Shown one piece after another: positions 10,501 to 19,807 of a stretch of 64,000 bases of DNA. Under the pieces are notes generated by a model that was not told the DNA's origin, ran no database searches, and saw only the letters and a list, made by a program, of their open reading frames with translations. The stretch comes from a virus. The translations under genes and the position numbers were made by a program. How positions within the stretch are numbered: position 1 is the first letter of the stretch; every line of letters starts with the position of its first letter. The stretch lies in the IMG/VR virus record IMGVR_UViG_3300031758_000006; one strand, written 5' to 3'.

Positions 10501-13313
10501 GCGTTATACATATTCCAATCGACGACAATTACCAAGGGTTGATCCTCAAAGTAATCATCAGCGTTATTAACGTAAGTTCTAATGAAGTTTTTACCTGAAA
10601 AAAACTTATCTCTAAGGTTAAATCTATTTAATTTGTTTGGCCAATGTTCGGTAATTGGATACCCCCATTCTGATGGTGGTGTACCTTTTTTTGTTAAAAA
10701 AGCTGTAACACCTCTACGTGGGTTACCTAGTCTGTCGATACCAGAAAATAGTTGGTAGAATTGTGCCGCAGCGTCAAATGAGACTCCTGGGTCATCTTCA
10801 TCAATACGATTCTGATACGGATTTCTTGGGTTACACCCCAATTCTGGGTTTTGGTAGTTGTATGAGGCTGTTGTATCAGCTAAAAATGAATTATTTGTAT
10901 CAACAATTCCCTGACCAAGGTCGTCTTCAGGTTCATTTAAATTAGCTAATAATGGGTCACACGGACAAGCGTCACAATCTGGATATGTTAACATTGGTAA
11001 TCCAATTCTGTTAAATGTGTTCCAGTTAACTAATCTAGGTATTATATATACAATAAAAAATACTAATAACGCAATATATAAAATAGCTGCGATTATTTGT
11101 GGTATTACAATGAACACCGCTGGGAATGAGTATATCGCGGTTCCAATCGCTTGAGCGATTTGATACCCTAACCATATTGGTATACCAATCGATACCAACC
11201 ATTTTAAAACAGGCCAAGAAACTATCACAAAATGAGCTATTGTTATTAACACAATCATTGGTAGTGTCAATATATTTAAAAGCAATTGTACAACAAACTC
11301 AATAAAATCAAAATTTCTTTGTAGGTCGTTTACTGGGAATTTATTATTTTCAGTTTGACACCGTCTATCTGTAATTTCTTTAATACCCAAATGTCTATCT
11401 TTATTTTTACCTTTCTTGTACCTATCAATAAATGACGATACTGTATAAACTTTATTATAGTGGAATTGATAAAATGTATCCTCACAGTTTATAGCCACAT
11501 TTTTGTCCACATAGTCATCCCAATCTAAACTAAAAGCGTATGATCTTATGTAATTAAAATAATTTTGATTTCCAAAACTATATACAACCTGTTGTGGTTG
11601 ACTTATATCAACAGCTGTAGGTGTTATTCTTACAAATTCACCAACATTAACAGGAATTGAGTTTAAACTACCTGAATATAATGTCCATGGACCTAAACCA
11701 GATGGTCCTATTTCCACAATATATGATTGTACATTTGTTGTTGTGTCACTCACTAAACCACCTTGTTGGGTAAACGCTCCCCAAACCGTGGATATTGTAT
11801 TAGGTGGTATTGAGAATGTTGTAGGTCCTAATGAACCCCCAGGATATGTTATTGTAGCTGGTAATGTTGGGTCTATTGGTGTAAAAATAATATTTACGAC
11901 ATTATTGTTTGTTAATCCGGTAATTCCCAAGTTTGGGTCCCCTAGGTATGGTGACTGACTTGATAGTGGGTTAGATTGTATAAATACACTAAATGTCAAT
12001 ACGTTTGATGTCACCACAGGTCCCAATAGGTCACCAGATCCAACAATTGTTAAACTATCCTCATAATCGGGTACTGGTATATTTGAAACGTAAGGTATTA
12101 GAACTATGTTACTCGGATCTGAACTAGTGTTGTCCCATCCATATTCTCTAATGTTTGGTACAAGGTAATTAGCTCGAATAAAATTATTGTTATTCCCGGT
12201 TTCATTTTGCCATTTAATCTTAAATCTATATTTTGATTTTGTTGGTATTCCAACACTTGGGTCGTTTGAAATTACTTGATTACCGAACTCGTCTGTTGTT
12301 ATGTAATCTAAGTTCATTGGTAGATTAGCTAACCACGTTCCGTTTTCATCAATAATTTTACCATCATTTTCTAGAATATATTGTTCTAGTATCGGATCCC
12401 CAAACTCATCAACATTTATTGTTTGTCGTATTGATAGAATTTGTCCTGGACCGGAAACTAAATCACAAAGATTCCCCATGTCCAATTTTGGTACACACCC
12501 AGTACTTAAATAGTCATCATTTGATGTTGACACTATTGACCCCATAAAAATAGAGGTTGGTTCAATTTTAACACTACTTTCAGTTGTTAAGTCAAAATCA
12601 ACTCTGGTGATACCAATTTGACAAACGTCTTCTTCACCCCATAGTGGTGAGACCTCAACAATTTTATTTAATGTCTTTATCTGTGGTAATTCATTTAAAT
12701 CTGTTGACGTTTTAAATGTTGTACCGTTTAATTGGGTTTCGTTAGCTTGACCCGTACGTATTAAATCTTGTGGTGACAAAGAAAAACAACCCATATCGGA
12801 TAAATCTATATCCATGAAAATGGTTTGACTACCTGTTGGTACACCGAATATCATGTAGTCACCACTATCGTTTGTTTTTACCGTAAATTTGTAGTATTTG
12901 TCATAAACTTCTATAGTTGTTTGATCAATAAGAACTTCTTCCTTTGTTGGAAATGTCCCGGTGGCTGAGTGTCCTGGATATGATGGTTCTTTCGGTAATA
13001 AATTATACCTATACCCGTTTTCATTTAATGTTGATAATGTTTTATACGGATATAGTTCAGAAACCACCGGATTTAATTCATCCAAATCTTCTATCGGGAT
13101 AAATAAAGATACTTTAGCGTTTGGTAACCCATAACCCCCATTAACAAATACTCGACCAACAATGACCCCATAATCAGAACAAATTCTTGTGTATATATCA
13201 CTTTGGTTAATCTTTAATGATAAGATCTCCAAGGTTTCAAAGTCTTGTTCTAACTTGAGATTAATGTATTTGTCAACACCTACTTGTGTTCGTATTCTAT
13301 ATGATTTAGGCAT
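7563..13313 (-). CDS. Large tail/baseplate protein (1916 aa) with an N-terminal carboxypeptidase-regulatory-like beta domain and an internal hydrophobic helical segment
   Basis: N-terminal GVIVGRV...NAKVSLF...TNDSGDYMIFGVP resembles the carboxypeptidase regulatory-like fold; ~90-aa hydrophobic stretch followed by CDACPC; follows the gp6-like gene. Confidence 0.6.
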   Translation of the reverse strand: MPKSYRIRTQVGVDKYINLKLEQDFETLEILSLKINQSDIYTRICSDYGVIVGRVFVNGGYGLPNAKVSLFIPIEDLDELNPVVSELYPYKTLSTLNENGYRYNLLPKEPSYPGHSATGTFPTKEEVLIDQTTIEVYDKYYKFTVKTNDSGDYMIFGVPTGSQTIFMDIDLSDMGCFSLSPQDLIRTGQANETQLNGTTFKTSTDLNELPQIKTLNKIVEVSPLWGEEDVCQIGITRVDFDLTTESSVKIEPTSIFMGSIVSTSNDDYLSTGCVPKLDMGNLCDLVSGPGQILSIRQTINVDEFGDPILEQYILENDGKIIDENGTWLANLPMNLDYITTDEFGNQVISNDPSVGIPTKSKYRFKIKWQNETGNNNNFIRANYLVPNIREYGWDNTSSDPSNIVLIPYVSNIPVPDYEDSLTIVGSGDLLGPVVTSNVLTFSVFIQSNPLSSQSPYLGDPNLGITGLTNNNVVNIIFTPIDPTLPATITYPGGSLGPTTFSIPPNTISTVWGAFTQQGGLVSDTTTNVQSYIVEIGPSGLGPWTLYSGSLNSIPVNVGEFVRITPTAVDISQPQQVVYSFGNQNYFNYIRSYAFSLDWDDYVDKNVAINCEDTFYQFHYNKVYTVSSFIDRYKKGKNKDRHLGIKEITDRRCQTENNKFPVNDLQRNFDFIEFVVQLLLNILTLPMIVLITIAHFVIVSWPVLKWLVSIGIPIWLGYQIAQAIGTAIYSFPAVFIVIPQIIAAILYIALLVFFIVYIIPRLVNWNTFNRIGLPMLTYPDCDACPCDPLLANLNEPEDDLGQGIVDTNNSFLADTTASYNYQNPELGCNPRNPYQNRIDEDDPGVSFDAAAQFYQLFSGIDRLGNPRRGVTAFLTKKGTPPSEWGYPITEHWPNKLNRFNLRDKFFSGKNFIRTYVNNADDYFEDQPLVIVVDWNMYNAFQPGEMITFQNPRMSGDIHRITGLTDSTGGTLYNEFNCRSITGTTLPPGVHGVNIDYANRFYVPGDPTQPANKTITVPISANTENGSYRFPADMEYFQVITGMSISNYLSMSNEISSGFFPREYLNHIVKWRYEQYQGNNEYEQQAKALDNFFDGQNLGVIILTRGVDPYTDRQLIKYELGTLFGKAANQVSVTGYYKLNYPIRRYTTGSNFTPARHNVPTNVNYLSSGNGGRSQYHKSFSFTPDSTLFNQYTNSGSTLPYYYSSLDFENSGLEMRHVLPYFSGPLLADTSVQPYTGIEPNYIDGFNSIDWSTGAEYDVLPYRGVTSEVLSNTTIGPIGVCGGTADAWDESQYPTKFMYVGGGSFLSTFGSYLGDISAEADNNGVWSNDNQSGYAINPPIADGLRSGSSNYKAQTNTIWYLCSPAYISYYDIPSTSCPSPYLNCNTSSVKGINFNDRFGIVMRSDRLPTSTNLESKGPYIPGYNGDPYTRFVLHENNSFMYYKIPDEGICDTIFQYQLQSDDPNNILVDSGIPESLAGSLTCEGMTELSCYDGYGTGFTVNETCADNDKVINGCYYLLNEPYVSSIGSDIELFLEWKARFRIMYAACRGVFSHMFQNNWVNGTLYMPTFNKLTLYDEFGEFTDYKYCEEIINYNTASNSFFYRSTPYRISPAVGFIGSQSTSPSDNSVNNRQIKTPTTIMDLGKRDEFISYICSNPEFSGEYLSDTLTSSSYNDSSLVLQLGIISRLVNSTWLQQIFNTNDASVQQYFSRTGSRIDGDIAQSMSINSEYQINPFVGSNYPDQFIWVGVDSANKPVFGVFYNTSEDQYKNRRALSPGYKIYNFSPLLQDLIPYNSTQEVPLYRWTLNDNNTIFGNEFNNWDTSWVLGSSRLPSRKYQSLDTSNNVSPFNYFQTSTMTAVPPNLQYGFITNIDSSGNPVINGTPLQNKFIVGAPYHFYFGLKNGKTAVNRFIKLYVNIID

Positions 13314-13384
13314 TAAGTCTTTTTTTGATAAATAGTTTATTTCCTATTTTCAAAAAATAGTCCTAAATATAAAAAAATAAATTA

Positions 13385-15223
13385 TCAAGAGAAATTAATG
13401 TTCTTAAAATTAAGAACTCTGACAGATATATCCTTATTTGGGTATCTTATTTGATAAATTTGACTTGGTTCAGCGAAAATAGTATCAGCTACCAATTCTA
13501 TTTGTTTTGTTGTTGGGTTGGAATATCTCTGTGACGTTTGGTTTGATGAATATTGACCCCCAACTTTATTAAAGAATCTAATATCGGAAATACTAATCAC
13601 CCCGTTTTCACTTTGTATTAGTCGTCTAATTTCAGACACATTAATGTTTCTACCTAATTGTTGGTTTAATGGACTAAAATACGAACTAATAATATCTATT
13701 GTTTTACTAATTAAAGACCCTTGGTTTTGTGTTGAGTCTAGAACAACGTCAACTTCAATACTAAGATCTATTGGACTAGCTGATTCTATAGAAATGTAAT
13801 CATTTATCATTCGATAGTTAGATAAGTAATTAGCTACGTTTGATTTTATTGTGTTCGATATGTTATCAGTTAGATTACCTTCGGTGTCGTATGATAACAT
13901 TTTTATTTTAATTTTATTATTTTCCTCCAATACCGATACCTTAGCTGGAGCACCAAATTGTGATGGCATTGTTCTTAAAATAGATTCGTAATCATTAATC
14001 GTTACCGCTCTGTTTTGTGCCGCAAAGTTAAATGATACATATTGTCTAACCTCCTCAACTGTTGGTTGGTTAGATCCACCAATAGCTGCGGTAACATTAT
14101 TACATTTTAATGAGTTTATTACCAATCTATTCTCACTATCAGATGGACCGTTAACGGAGAATGAGACGGTTCCTATTTGTGTGATCACATTAGAACCTAA
14201 ATTTGTCGCTTGTCCACCACCTATTCTATACTGTATAAATAAAGTTGAGTTTGATTTTAAAGCTGATCCCAATCCTAGGTTATTTGAGTACTTATTTAGA
14301 TCAAAATAAGCTCCATTTCTAGCAAACTCCCGTAATTGTTCTTCAGCTGAAACACTACCCCCACCAAATGTCATTTTTAAAAATCCTTCAGGTGTATATT
14401 CGGTAACAAATTTTGTGTTAGTAGTTATATATTTCCCAACTTTAACCCCTGGTTGGTCAGAAACTTTGGTTGGGTCCTCAATAAAGACTCTGTCCTCAGC
14501 TAAAGCTTTTACTTCGTACCATCTATTATCTAACCCTAAAAATTCTTGTGGTTGGGGTATCGTGTTATATTGTGTACCGTCTTTGAGTAATACACTAGTA
14601 ACACCTAATACGTTTTTTTCTGGTAAAAATAACTCAAAGAATGGTCTAACATCGTTAGCGGTTATAATTCTTTTAAATACCTTTGTTATACCATTAACAA
14701 CAACTTCTCGTTTTGTTATGGTGTAATTACTTAATGACCCATCTGAGTTAAAATTAGGTACTTTCAATCTATTTGGTGATCCTTCAGAGTTAACTGGTGA
14801 TGAAAAGTCTATATCATATACCGTTTCAAATGGTTGTCCAGCTCCACTAACCTGAGATCCCCTTCTTAAAATACCACAATATCTTAAATCTTCACTGTCC
14901 CCAAAAGCTGGAACCTGTATTGAGAAATCAACCAAAGCGACTGATGGTCTTTGTCCTGGGATTTTTAAACCATATGTTCTAGCTATGTTATATACTGAAG
15001 ATTTTTGTTGAGCGTATTGTAAAACTGTTTCTTGGATACTTCTATCAATTTGAAATTGTAGGTTGTCGGTTACCGCAGCATTTAAATCTAACATCACTGA
15101 AAAAATACCAGCGTCGTTAAAATTTTGAATTAGGTCTGGATAATAAGTTCTAGTAAAATTAATCAACTCAGTTCTTATCCCCTGGAAATCCCTTGTTGTG
15201 TACGATATTTTCTTTTCAGCCAT
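13385..15223 (-). CDS. Baseplate wedge subunit (T4 gp6 / baseplate J-like)
   Basis: N-terminal ISYTTRDFQGIRTELINF, QQKSSVYNIARTYG and AAQNRAVTINDYE motifs typical of gp6; adjacent to the gp25-like gene. Confidence 0.85.
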   Translation of the reverse strand: MAEKKISYTTRDFQGIRTELINFTRTYYPDLIQNFNDAGIFSVMLDLNAAVTDNLQFQIDRSIQETVLQYAQQKSSVYNIARTYGLKIPGQRPSVALVDFSIQVPAFGDSEDLRYCGILRRGSQVSGAGQPFETVYDIDFSSPVNSEGSPNRLKVPNFNSDGSLSNYTITKREVVVNGITKVFKRIITANDVRPFFELFLPEKNVLGVTSVLLKDGTQYNTIPQPQEFLGLDNRWYEVKALAEDRVFIEDPTKVSDQPGVKVGKYITTNTKFVTEYTPEGFLKMTFGGGSVSAEEQLREFARNGAYFDLNKYSNNLGLGSALKSNSTLFIQYRIGGGQATNLGSNVITQIGTVSFSVNGPSDSENRLVINSLKCNNVTAAIGGSNQPTVEEVRQYVSFNFAAQNRAVTINDYESILRTMPSQFGAPAKVSVLEENNKIKIKMLSYDTEGNLTDNISNTIKSNVANYLSNYRMINDYISIESASPIDLSIEVDVVLDSTQNQGSLISKTIDIISSYFSPLNQQLGRNINVSEIRRLIQSENGVISISDIRFFNKVGGQYSSNQTSQRYSNPTTKQIELVADTIFAEPSQIYQIRYPNKDISVRVLNFKNINFS

Positions 15224-15224
15224 G

Positions 15225-15683
15225 TTATATGTTAATAATTACAAAATCACTGCTTTCTAAAGCTTGATTGGTTATTCTATAGTCTATTCTAACTTTAGCG
15301 GTGTGTTCTCTATCACCTATATTGGTTACCTTAAATTCTCTCTCACCAGAATCCGTAATATAAGTACCTTTGTCTTCCAAACCTAACGAAGCGTCAGTTA
15401 TTTTTATGTTTGTTATAAGTATACCTGGTATGTATTTTTCAACCGAATCTCTAATCTCAAACTCAATATCACTAAATGTTGGTCCATCCAATGGTTCAAA
15501 TATATATTCATATAATCTTGTACCAAAATCTGGTAAAAAATATCTACTACCCTTTCTAGTTAATAAAAGATGAATTAGATTATTTCTAATTTCTTCATCA
15601 ATAGTATCTGAAGCGTCAAGATACCTCCCAACAAAAGAATCCCTAAAGGGAAATGTTATACCATATGTTATACCGTTAGACAT
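15225..15683 (-). CDS. Baseplate wedge protein, gp25/GPW family
   Basis: NLIHLLLTRKGSRYFLPDFGTRLYEYIFEP is the gp25-family signature. Confidence 0.9.
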   Translation of the reverse strand: MSNGITYGITFPFRDSFVGRYLDASDTIDEEIRNNLIHLLLTRKGSRYFLPDFGTRLYEYIFEPLDGPTFSDIEFEIRDSVEKYIPGILITNIKITDASLGLEDKGTYITDSGEREFKVTNIGDREHTAKVRIDYRITNQALESSDFVIINI

Positions 15684-15720
15684 ATCTAATAAATATAGTA
15701 TTCAGATATTTTATATAAAT

Positions 15721-15748
15721 AAAAAAAATCACTGATTTCTCAGTGATT
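15721..15748 (-). terminator. Intrinsic terminator closing the replication operon
   Basis: Minus strand AATCACTGA-GAAA-TCAGTGATT (perfect 9-bp stem, GAAA loop) followed by a T-tract; overlaps the stop codon of the DUF5522-like gene. Confidence 0.85.
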
Positions 15749-15959
15749 CCTTTAAATTAGTACTTCCTTTTTGGTATAATGGTTCGTAAGGACAGTGTTT
15801 ACAACCGGATCCACAACACTTTCCTCGTTTTATGTGGAATGATTCTGTCATTACAATATTACCAAACTTATCCTTATAAAAGTCAGGTTCGGGAGTCTTT
15901 TTGGTGATCTCCCGAACATATAACTGTTGTATCCAATCGTTTGATGAGTTAACTGTCAT
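15729..15959 (-). CDS. Small Cys-rich protein, DUF5522-like
   Basis: HIKRGKCCGSGCKHCPY motif. Confidence 0.75.
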   Translation of the reverse strand: MTVNSSNDWIQQLYVREITKKTPEPDFYKDKFGNIVMTESFHIKRGKCCGSGCKHCPYEPLYQKGSTNLKESLRNQ

Positions 15960-15960
15960 C

Positions 15961-16041
15961 TTAATTCTTTTTTCTTAGATTATAGTACGCTAATAAAACT
16001 TGGTAAGTTAAAGTAACGTTGTTTCCCCAGGTAACTTTCAT
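15961..16041 (-). CDS. 26-aa small protein MKVTWGNNVTLTYQVLLAYYNLRKKN
   Basis: ATG 3 nt after the nrdJ stop, and stop 1 nt before the next start; fills the gap exactly; below the ORF-track threshold. Confidence 0.6.
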   Translation of the reverse strand: MKVTWGNNVTLTYQVLLAYYNLRKKN

Positions 16042-16044
16042 CTG

Positions 16045-17904
16045 TTAAACGATTTCACAAGCTCCACCAGCACAAGCGGCTTCACCTCTAAGGTCAGTGT
16101 TATCTTGTAGTTCGATTACTTTTGTTAGATCAACATCTTTTAATGTAATTACCAATCTTTCAAAATCCTCTTCAGTACAATCTTCAAAAGGTGCTTGTGT
16201 GTATGTTCCACCATTGTATGGTAAAACTGACAATCCGTTATAGAACTTTCTATTTTTCCACATCCAATCACCAACTAAATCCCATTCATCATCTTTGATA
16301 GAAACAGTTGCCGAAACATTATGAGTGTTTTGACCACTTCTATGTCCAGTTCTTACCCACTCTTGTGATACCTTCTTAACTCGTTCCAACATTTGGAATA
16401 CTGACTCATGTCTTAAAATTGACCCTTCAGGTGCTTTCTGTGGGATTGTTATTACCGCGGTATCATGTGGTCTGAAATATTCATCTTCAACTAACTCTGG
16501 GTGATTTGTCACTAAGTGTTGGTATATTGATTCATTTTTACCAACTCGGATTCTTCTTAAGTAGAAATCATTGTGCCAAGCGTGAATACCAGAAGATGTT
16601 CCTAAGACTAATGATGAGGTTCCGGATGGTTTAACCGTTGTTGTTCTAGCTGATTTGTTAATACCAATTAGGTTAGCTACCCTTTGATTTTCCTCTTTAA
16701 CAGCTTCAGCGGCTAATTTCATATCGTAACCTAATACCACTCCAGATCCAATACCTGTCATACCAATCCCAATAAGAGCGTCTTTCTCAGTTGTTCTTTT
16801 CCAAACATCTCTTAAGTAATGGAAATCTGTGTATCCAGCCTGTAGTGTACCAATGAAAGCAGCTCCTTTAACTCTTTTTTCAAAGTCTTCTTGTGATTCA
16901 ATATCAGAAGCGTTAACCTCACATAGGTTACAAAATTGATATGGTCTAAGACCGATTTCACAACATGGGTTTGTCCCCCAATCTTTATCGTTTGATAAAT
17001 AAATTCCTGGTTCACCAGCTCCGGATAACTCAATTCGTTTCCAAAGACCCATAAAGTATTCTTGTGTTACCTTATGTCTAAGTAATACCGCTGAGTTATT
17101 AGCTCTACCTCTTTGTGGATTCGACTCCCACCAGTTTCCAGATTTACAAGAGATCATTTCATCATCATCAGCTGAAAATAGTGAAATAAGAGCGGCTCTT
17201 CTAATCCCACCAGCTAGTACCGCGTCAGCGATATGACAAACGATGTCATGTGTTTCAATCGGTGTTAACCTACTTCCATCAGTTTTATTTTCCAAAACTT
17301 TTGTAATATTGTGTATACAATCTTTCAATGGTTGTGGTCCTGGTGCTTTACCACCTGATGTTACTAATAAAGACCCTTTTTGTCTAATATCTGAAAAATC
17401 AAATATTGGTGTTGACGATTTAGATCCAAAGTATGACTCCATTAATACTTTAATAGCGTCAGCCCACCCTTCAATTGAATCACCAATCAAATATCTTCTG
17501 GTTCTACTTGGATTTGGTTTTTTAATCTCCGATAATTTATCTACGTGGTGTTTTTGTACTGAAAACCCTACACCGGTACCACCTAACAATAAGAACATTG
17601 TTTCAGCGAAAGCGTCTGTGTGGTCAATCGGTAAATAAGCACAATTGTAGACCCTATTTGGTGATATCTCAATAGGTTTTCCACCAAATTGTAATGACCT
17701 CATCGAAGGTAATATTTTTTTATCATACACCATTTTATACACCTCTTCGATCTCATCTTTGATTTTAGGGTATTTCTTTTGGTGCATTTCTTTATTTCGT
17801 GTAACTAATTCGTCCCAGGTTTCTCTTCTATTTTTCTCTGGTAAGAATTTAGCGTACTTCATGTAAACAGTAATGTCACTTAATATTCTTTGTGATACAT
17901 CCAT
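16045..17904 (-). CDS. nrdJ: Class II (adenosylcobalamin-dependent) ribonucleotide reductase, monomeric RTPR type
   Basis: LPSMRSLQFGG, GTNPCCEI (NPCxE active site), TTTVKPSGT and C-terminal ACAGGACE redox cysteine pair; no small-subunit gene adjacent. Confidence 0.92.
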   Translation of the reverse strand: MDVSQRILSDITVYMKYAKFLPEKNRRETWDELVTRNKEMHQKKYPKIKDEIEEVYKMVYDKKILPSMRSLQFGGKPIEISPNRVYNCAYLPIDHTDAFAETMFLLLGGTGVGFSVQKHHVDKLSEIKKPNPSRTRRYLIGDSIEGWADAIKVLMESYFGSKSSTPIFDFSDIRQKGSLLVTSGGKAPGPQPLKDCIHNITKVLENKTDGSRLTPIETHDIVCHIADAVLAGGIRRAALISLFSADDDEMISCKSGNWWESNPQRGRANNSAVLLRHKVTQEYFMGLWKRIELSGAGEPGIYLSNDKDWGTNPCCEIGLRPYQFCNLCEVNASDIESQEDFEKRVKGAAFIGTLQAGYTDFHYLRDVWKRTTEKDALIGIGMTGIGSGVVLGYDMKLAAEAVKEENQRVANLIGINKSARTTTVKPSGTSSLVLGTSSGIHAWHNDFYLRRIRVGKNESIYQHLVTNHPELVEDEYFRPHDTAVITIPQKAPEGSILRHESVFQMLERVKKVSQEWVRTGHRSGQNTHNVSATVSIKDDEWDLVGDWMWKNRKFYNGLSVLPYNGGTYTQAPFEDCTEEDFERLVITLKDVDLTKVIELQDNTDLRGEAACAGGACEIV

Positions 17905-17922
17905 GATTTAAAATTTTTTTAT

Positions 17923-19314
17923 TTAATTTATTGTATTATTGGTGTTATTGTTTTGTTTTCTTTTTTCCATTAACTCTTTAACCCTTAATCGTTGTCTCTC
18001 TTCTTTTTGTTCTTCCAACCCTAAAAAGGTCATTGAACTTTCAGTGTCGATTTCAATCATAGCGTTATCAAATTTACAGTTCTCGAAAACCACTCCATCA
18101 TCACCAATTCTTGATTTTGTTATGGCTATTGTCGCTAACTTCATTTCTTTTTGTTGTAGTGTCTTAGCTACTGAGATTATTACGTGACCTACCTGTGCCT
18201 TTTTAATTGATCCACCCATTTGGTCGGTAGTTACCACTTCAGAAGAAATCGATGATCTATTCCCTTGTGTAGCTGTCCATCCAACAATGTTTAGTTCGTG
18301 ACACATAGCCTCGAAAGCTCTCATAACCGATCCTTCACTTTTCCATTCGTCACCTAAGTTTTTATCCGGAACAACACAATCTATATAGTCTAAAACCACC
18401 ATATCAACCCTCATACCATCAGATATTAATTTTCTGATCTCATTCTTTATCTGTGACATAGTTTTAGTGTCAGAGGGTAGTTTTTTTAACTCCAATCTGT
18501 TGTCCATTGTCTCTTCAATCTTTTTAACTTTACTAATTACTTCCTCTTTACGTTCAGACAATTCATCTGGGTGTATTTTTGTCCAAAGTGTAAAGTGTTT
18601 TCGTTGGATCACTTTTGGATTGTCCTCAAAAAATATTTGAAGTACGTTTTTTCCTAAGTTAAAAGCGTGGTTTGATATCTTTGTTAATATTGTGGATTTA
18701 CCAACTCCGGTTGGTGCTAAAATTACACCAATTTCACCTTTAGCTAATCCACCTTTTAACAGTCTATCAATACCTGGTATTCCCATTGGGATCGGGTGTC
18801 TGTAATCTTCTTCAAGAACTTGGTCTATGTTTGAAAAGACATCTAACATTGATGTGTCTTTTGAACCAACCATTAAAGCCTCTTTTACCATTTCTTCCAG
18901 TGTATCGTAGTTTTCAAATTCCCCACCATCGATAATTTTCTGGGCTTTTTTCATCACTTTCTGTAGTTCTTGTTGTTTACAGAATTTAAGTGCTTTCTCT
19001 TGAACAAAATTAGATCCGTCCAATGGAGCTTCTTTAATCTTAGATATTGTATCCAAGACTATTTTAGAAGCCATTTGATTTTGTAACTCAGACTTTGTTA
19101 TTTGTTCTAGTGTCTCAAAGGATGGTGTATGATCGTACTTTATATGATACTCTTTGACCATTTGGATGATTATTTTGAAGTATTGGTTTTCAAAATAATT
19201 TGTATTAAGTACATCTATTATCGACACAGAAAAGTCTTTGTCTAAAATTATTTGATTAAGTAGTTGTAGTTGAAAAGTGTTACCTAGATATTCAAAATTT
19301 TTGTTAGTCGCCAT
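17923..19314 (-). CDS. dnaB: Replicative DNA helicase (DnaB / T4 gp41-like)
   Basis: Walker A APTGVGKST, Walker B VVLDYID, TATQGNR and KSRIG motifs. Confidence 0.9.
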   Translation of the reverse strand: MATNKNFEYLGNTFQLQLLNQIILDKDFSVSIIDVLNTNYFENQYFKIIIQMVKEYHIKYDHTPSFETLEQITKSELQNQMASKIVLDTISKIKEAPLDGSNFVQEKALKFCKQQELQKVMKKAQKIIDGGEFENYDTLEEMVKEALMVGSKDTSMLDVFSNIDQVLEEDYRHPIPMGIPGIDRLLKGGLAKGEIGVILAPTGVGKSTILTKISNHAFNLGKNVLQIFFEDNPKVIQRKHFTLWTKIHPDELSERKEEVISKVKKIEETMDNRLELKKLPSDTKTMSQIKNEIRKLISDGMRVDMVVLDYIDCVVPDKNLGDEWKSEGSVMRAFEAMCHELNIVGWTATQGNRSSISSEVVTTDQMGGSIKKAQVGHVIISVAKTLQQKEMKLATIAITKSRIGDDGVVFENCKFDNAMIEIDTESSMTFLGLEEQKEERQRLRVKELMEKRKQNNNTNNTIN

Positions 19315-19347
19315 ATTTTTTTATTACTTTAGTATTGATAAATAGTA

Positions 19348-19797
19348 TTAATTCTCGATAAATTGCGGATAAAAATAATTAAATTTCTTACCAGAAAAAA
19401 TGTCAGTAAGGTCACCCAATATGGATTTTAACTTTGGTCGTAGGTCTACGGTATATCTTACCTTTGGTGGGTATACTTTAGCGTCGAATGTTCTCTGACA
19501 AATTGTCATATCGTCCAACTTAATGTATATGTTAAAGTTCTCATCACCATCCGTTATTGACGTGTTTAATATCTCAGGATTTTCAGTAATTTCAAACTGA
19601 TTGTCCAACATATAAACTACACTTCTCATTTTTAAATCATACTGTAGTTTATTACACAATCTGTCAATATATTCGTAGAACTCAATAGATTTGTGTGCGT
19701 TTTTGTTGAATCCCTTAACATTAAAATATCGTTGAACTACAATGTTATCGTTACACATTAATAAAAATTCAACTTTCGTTACTTCTTGATTTTTCAT
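19348..19797 (-). CDS. Hypothetical protein (149 aa)
   Basis: ORF between the exonuclease and helicase genes; no family recognised. Confidence 0.6.
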   Translation of the reverse strand: MKNQEVTKVEFLLMCNDNIVVQRYFNVKGFNKNAHKSIEFYEYIDRLCNKLQYDLKMRSVVYMLDNQFEITENPEILNTSITDGDENFNIYIKLDDMTICQRTFDAKVYPPKVRYTVDLRPKLKSILGDLTDIFSGKKFNYFYPQFIEN

Positions 19798-19807
19798 ATT
19801 TATTTAT

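Noticed and set aside
17905-17922. Cobalamin riboswitch for nrdJ
   Set aside because: The intergenic gap is only 18 nt, with no room for a riboswitch.
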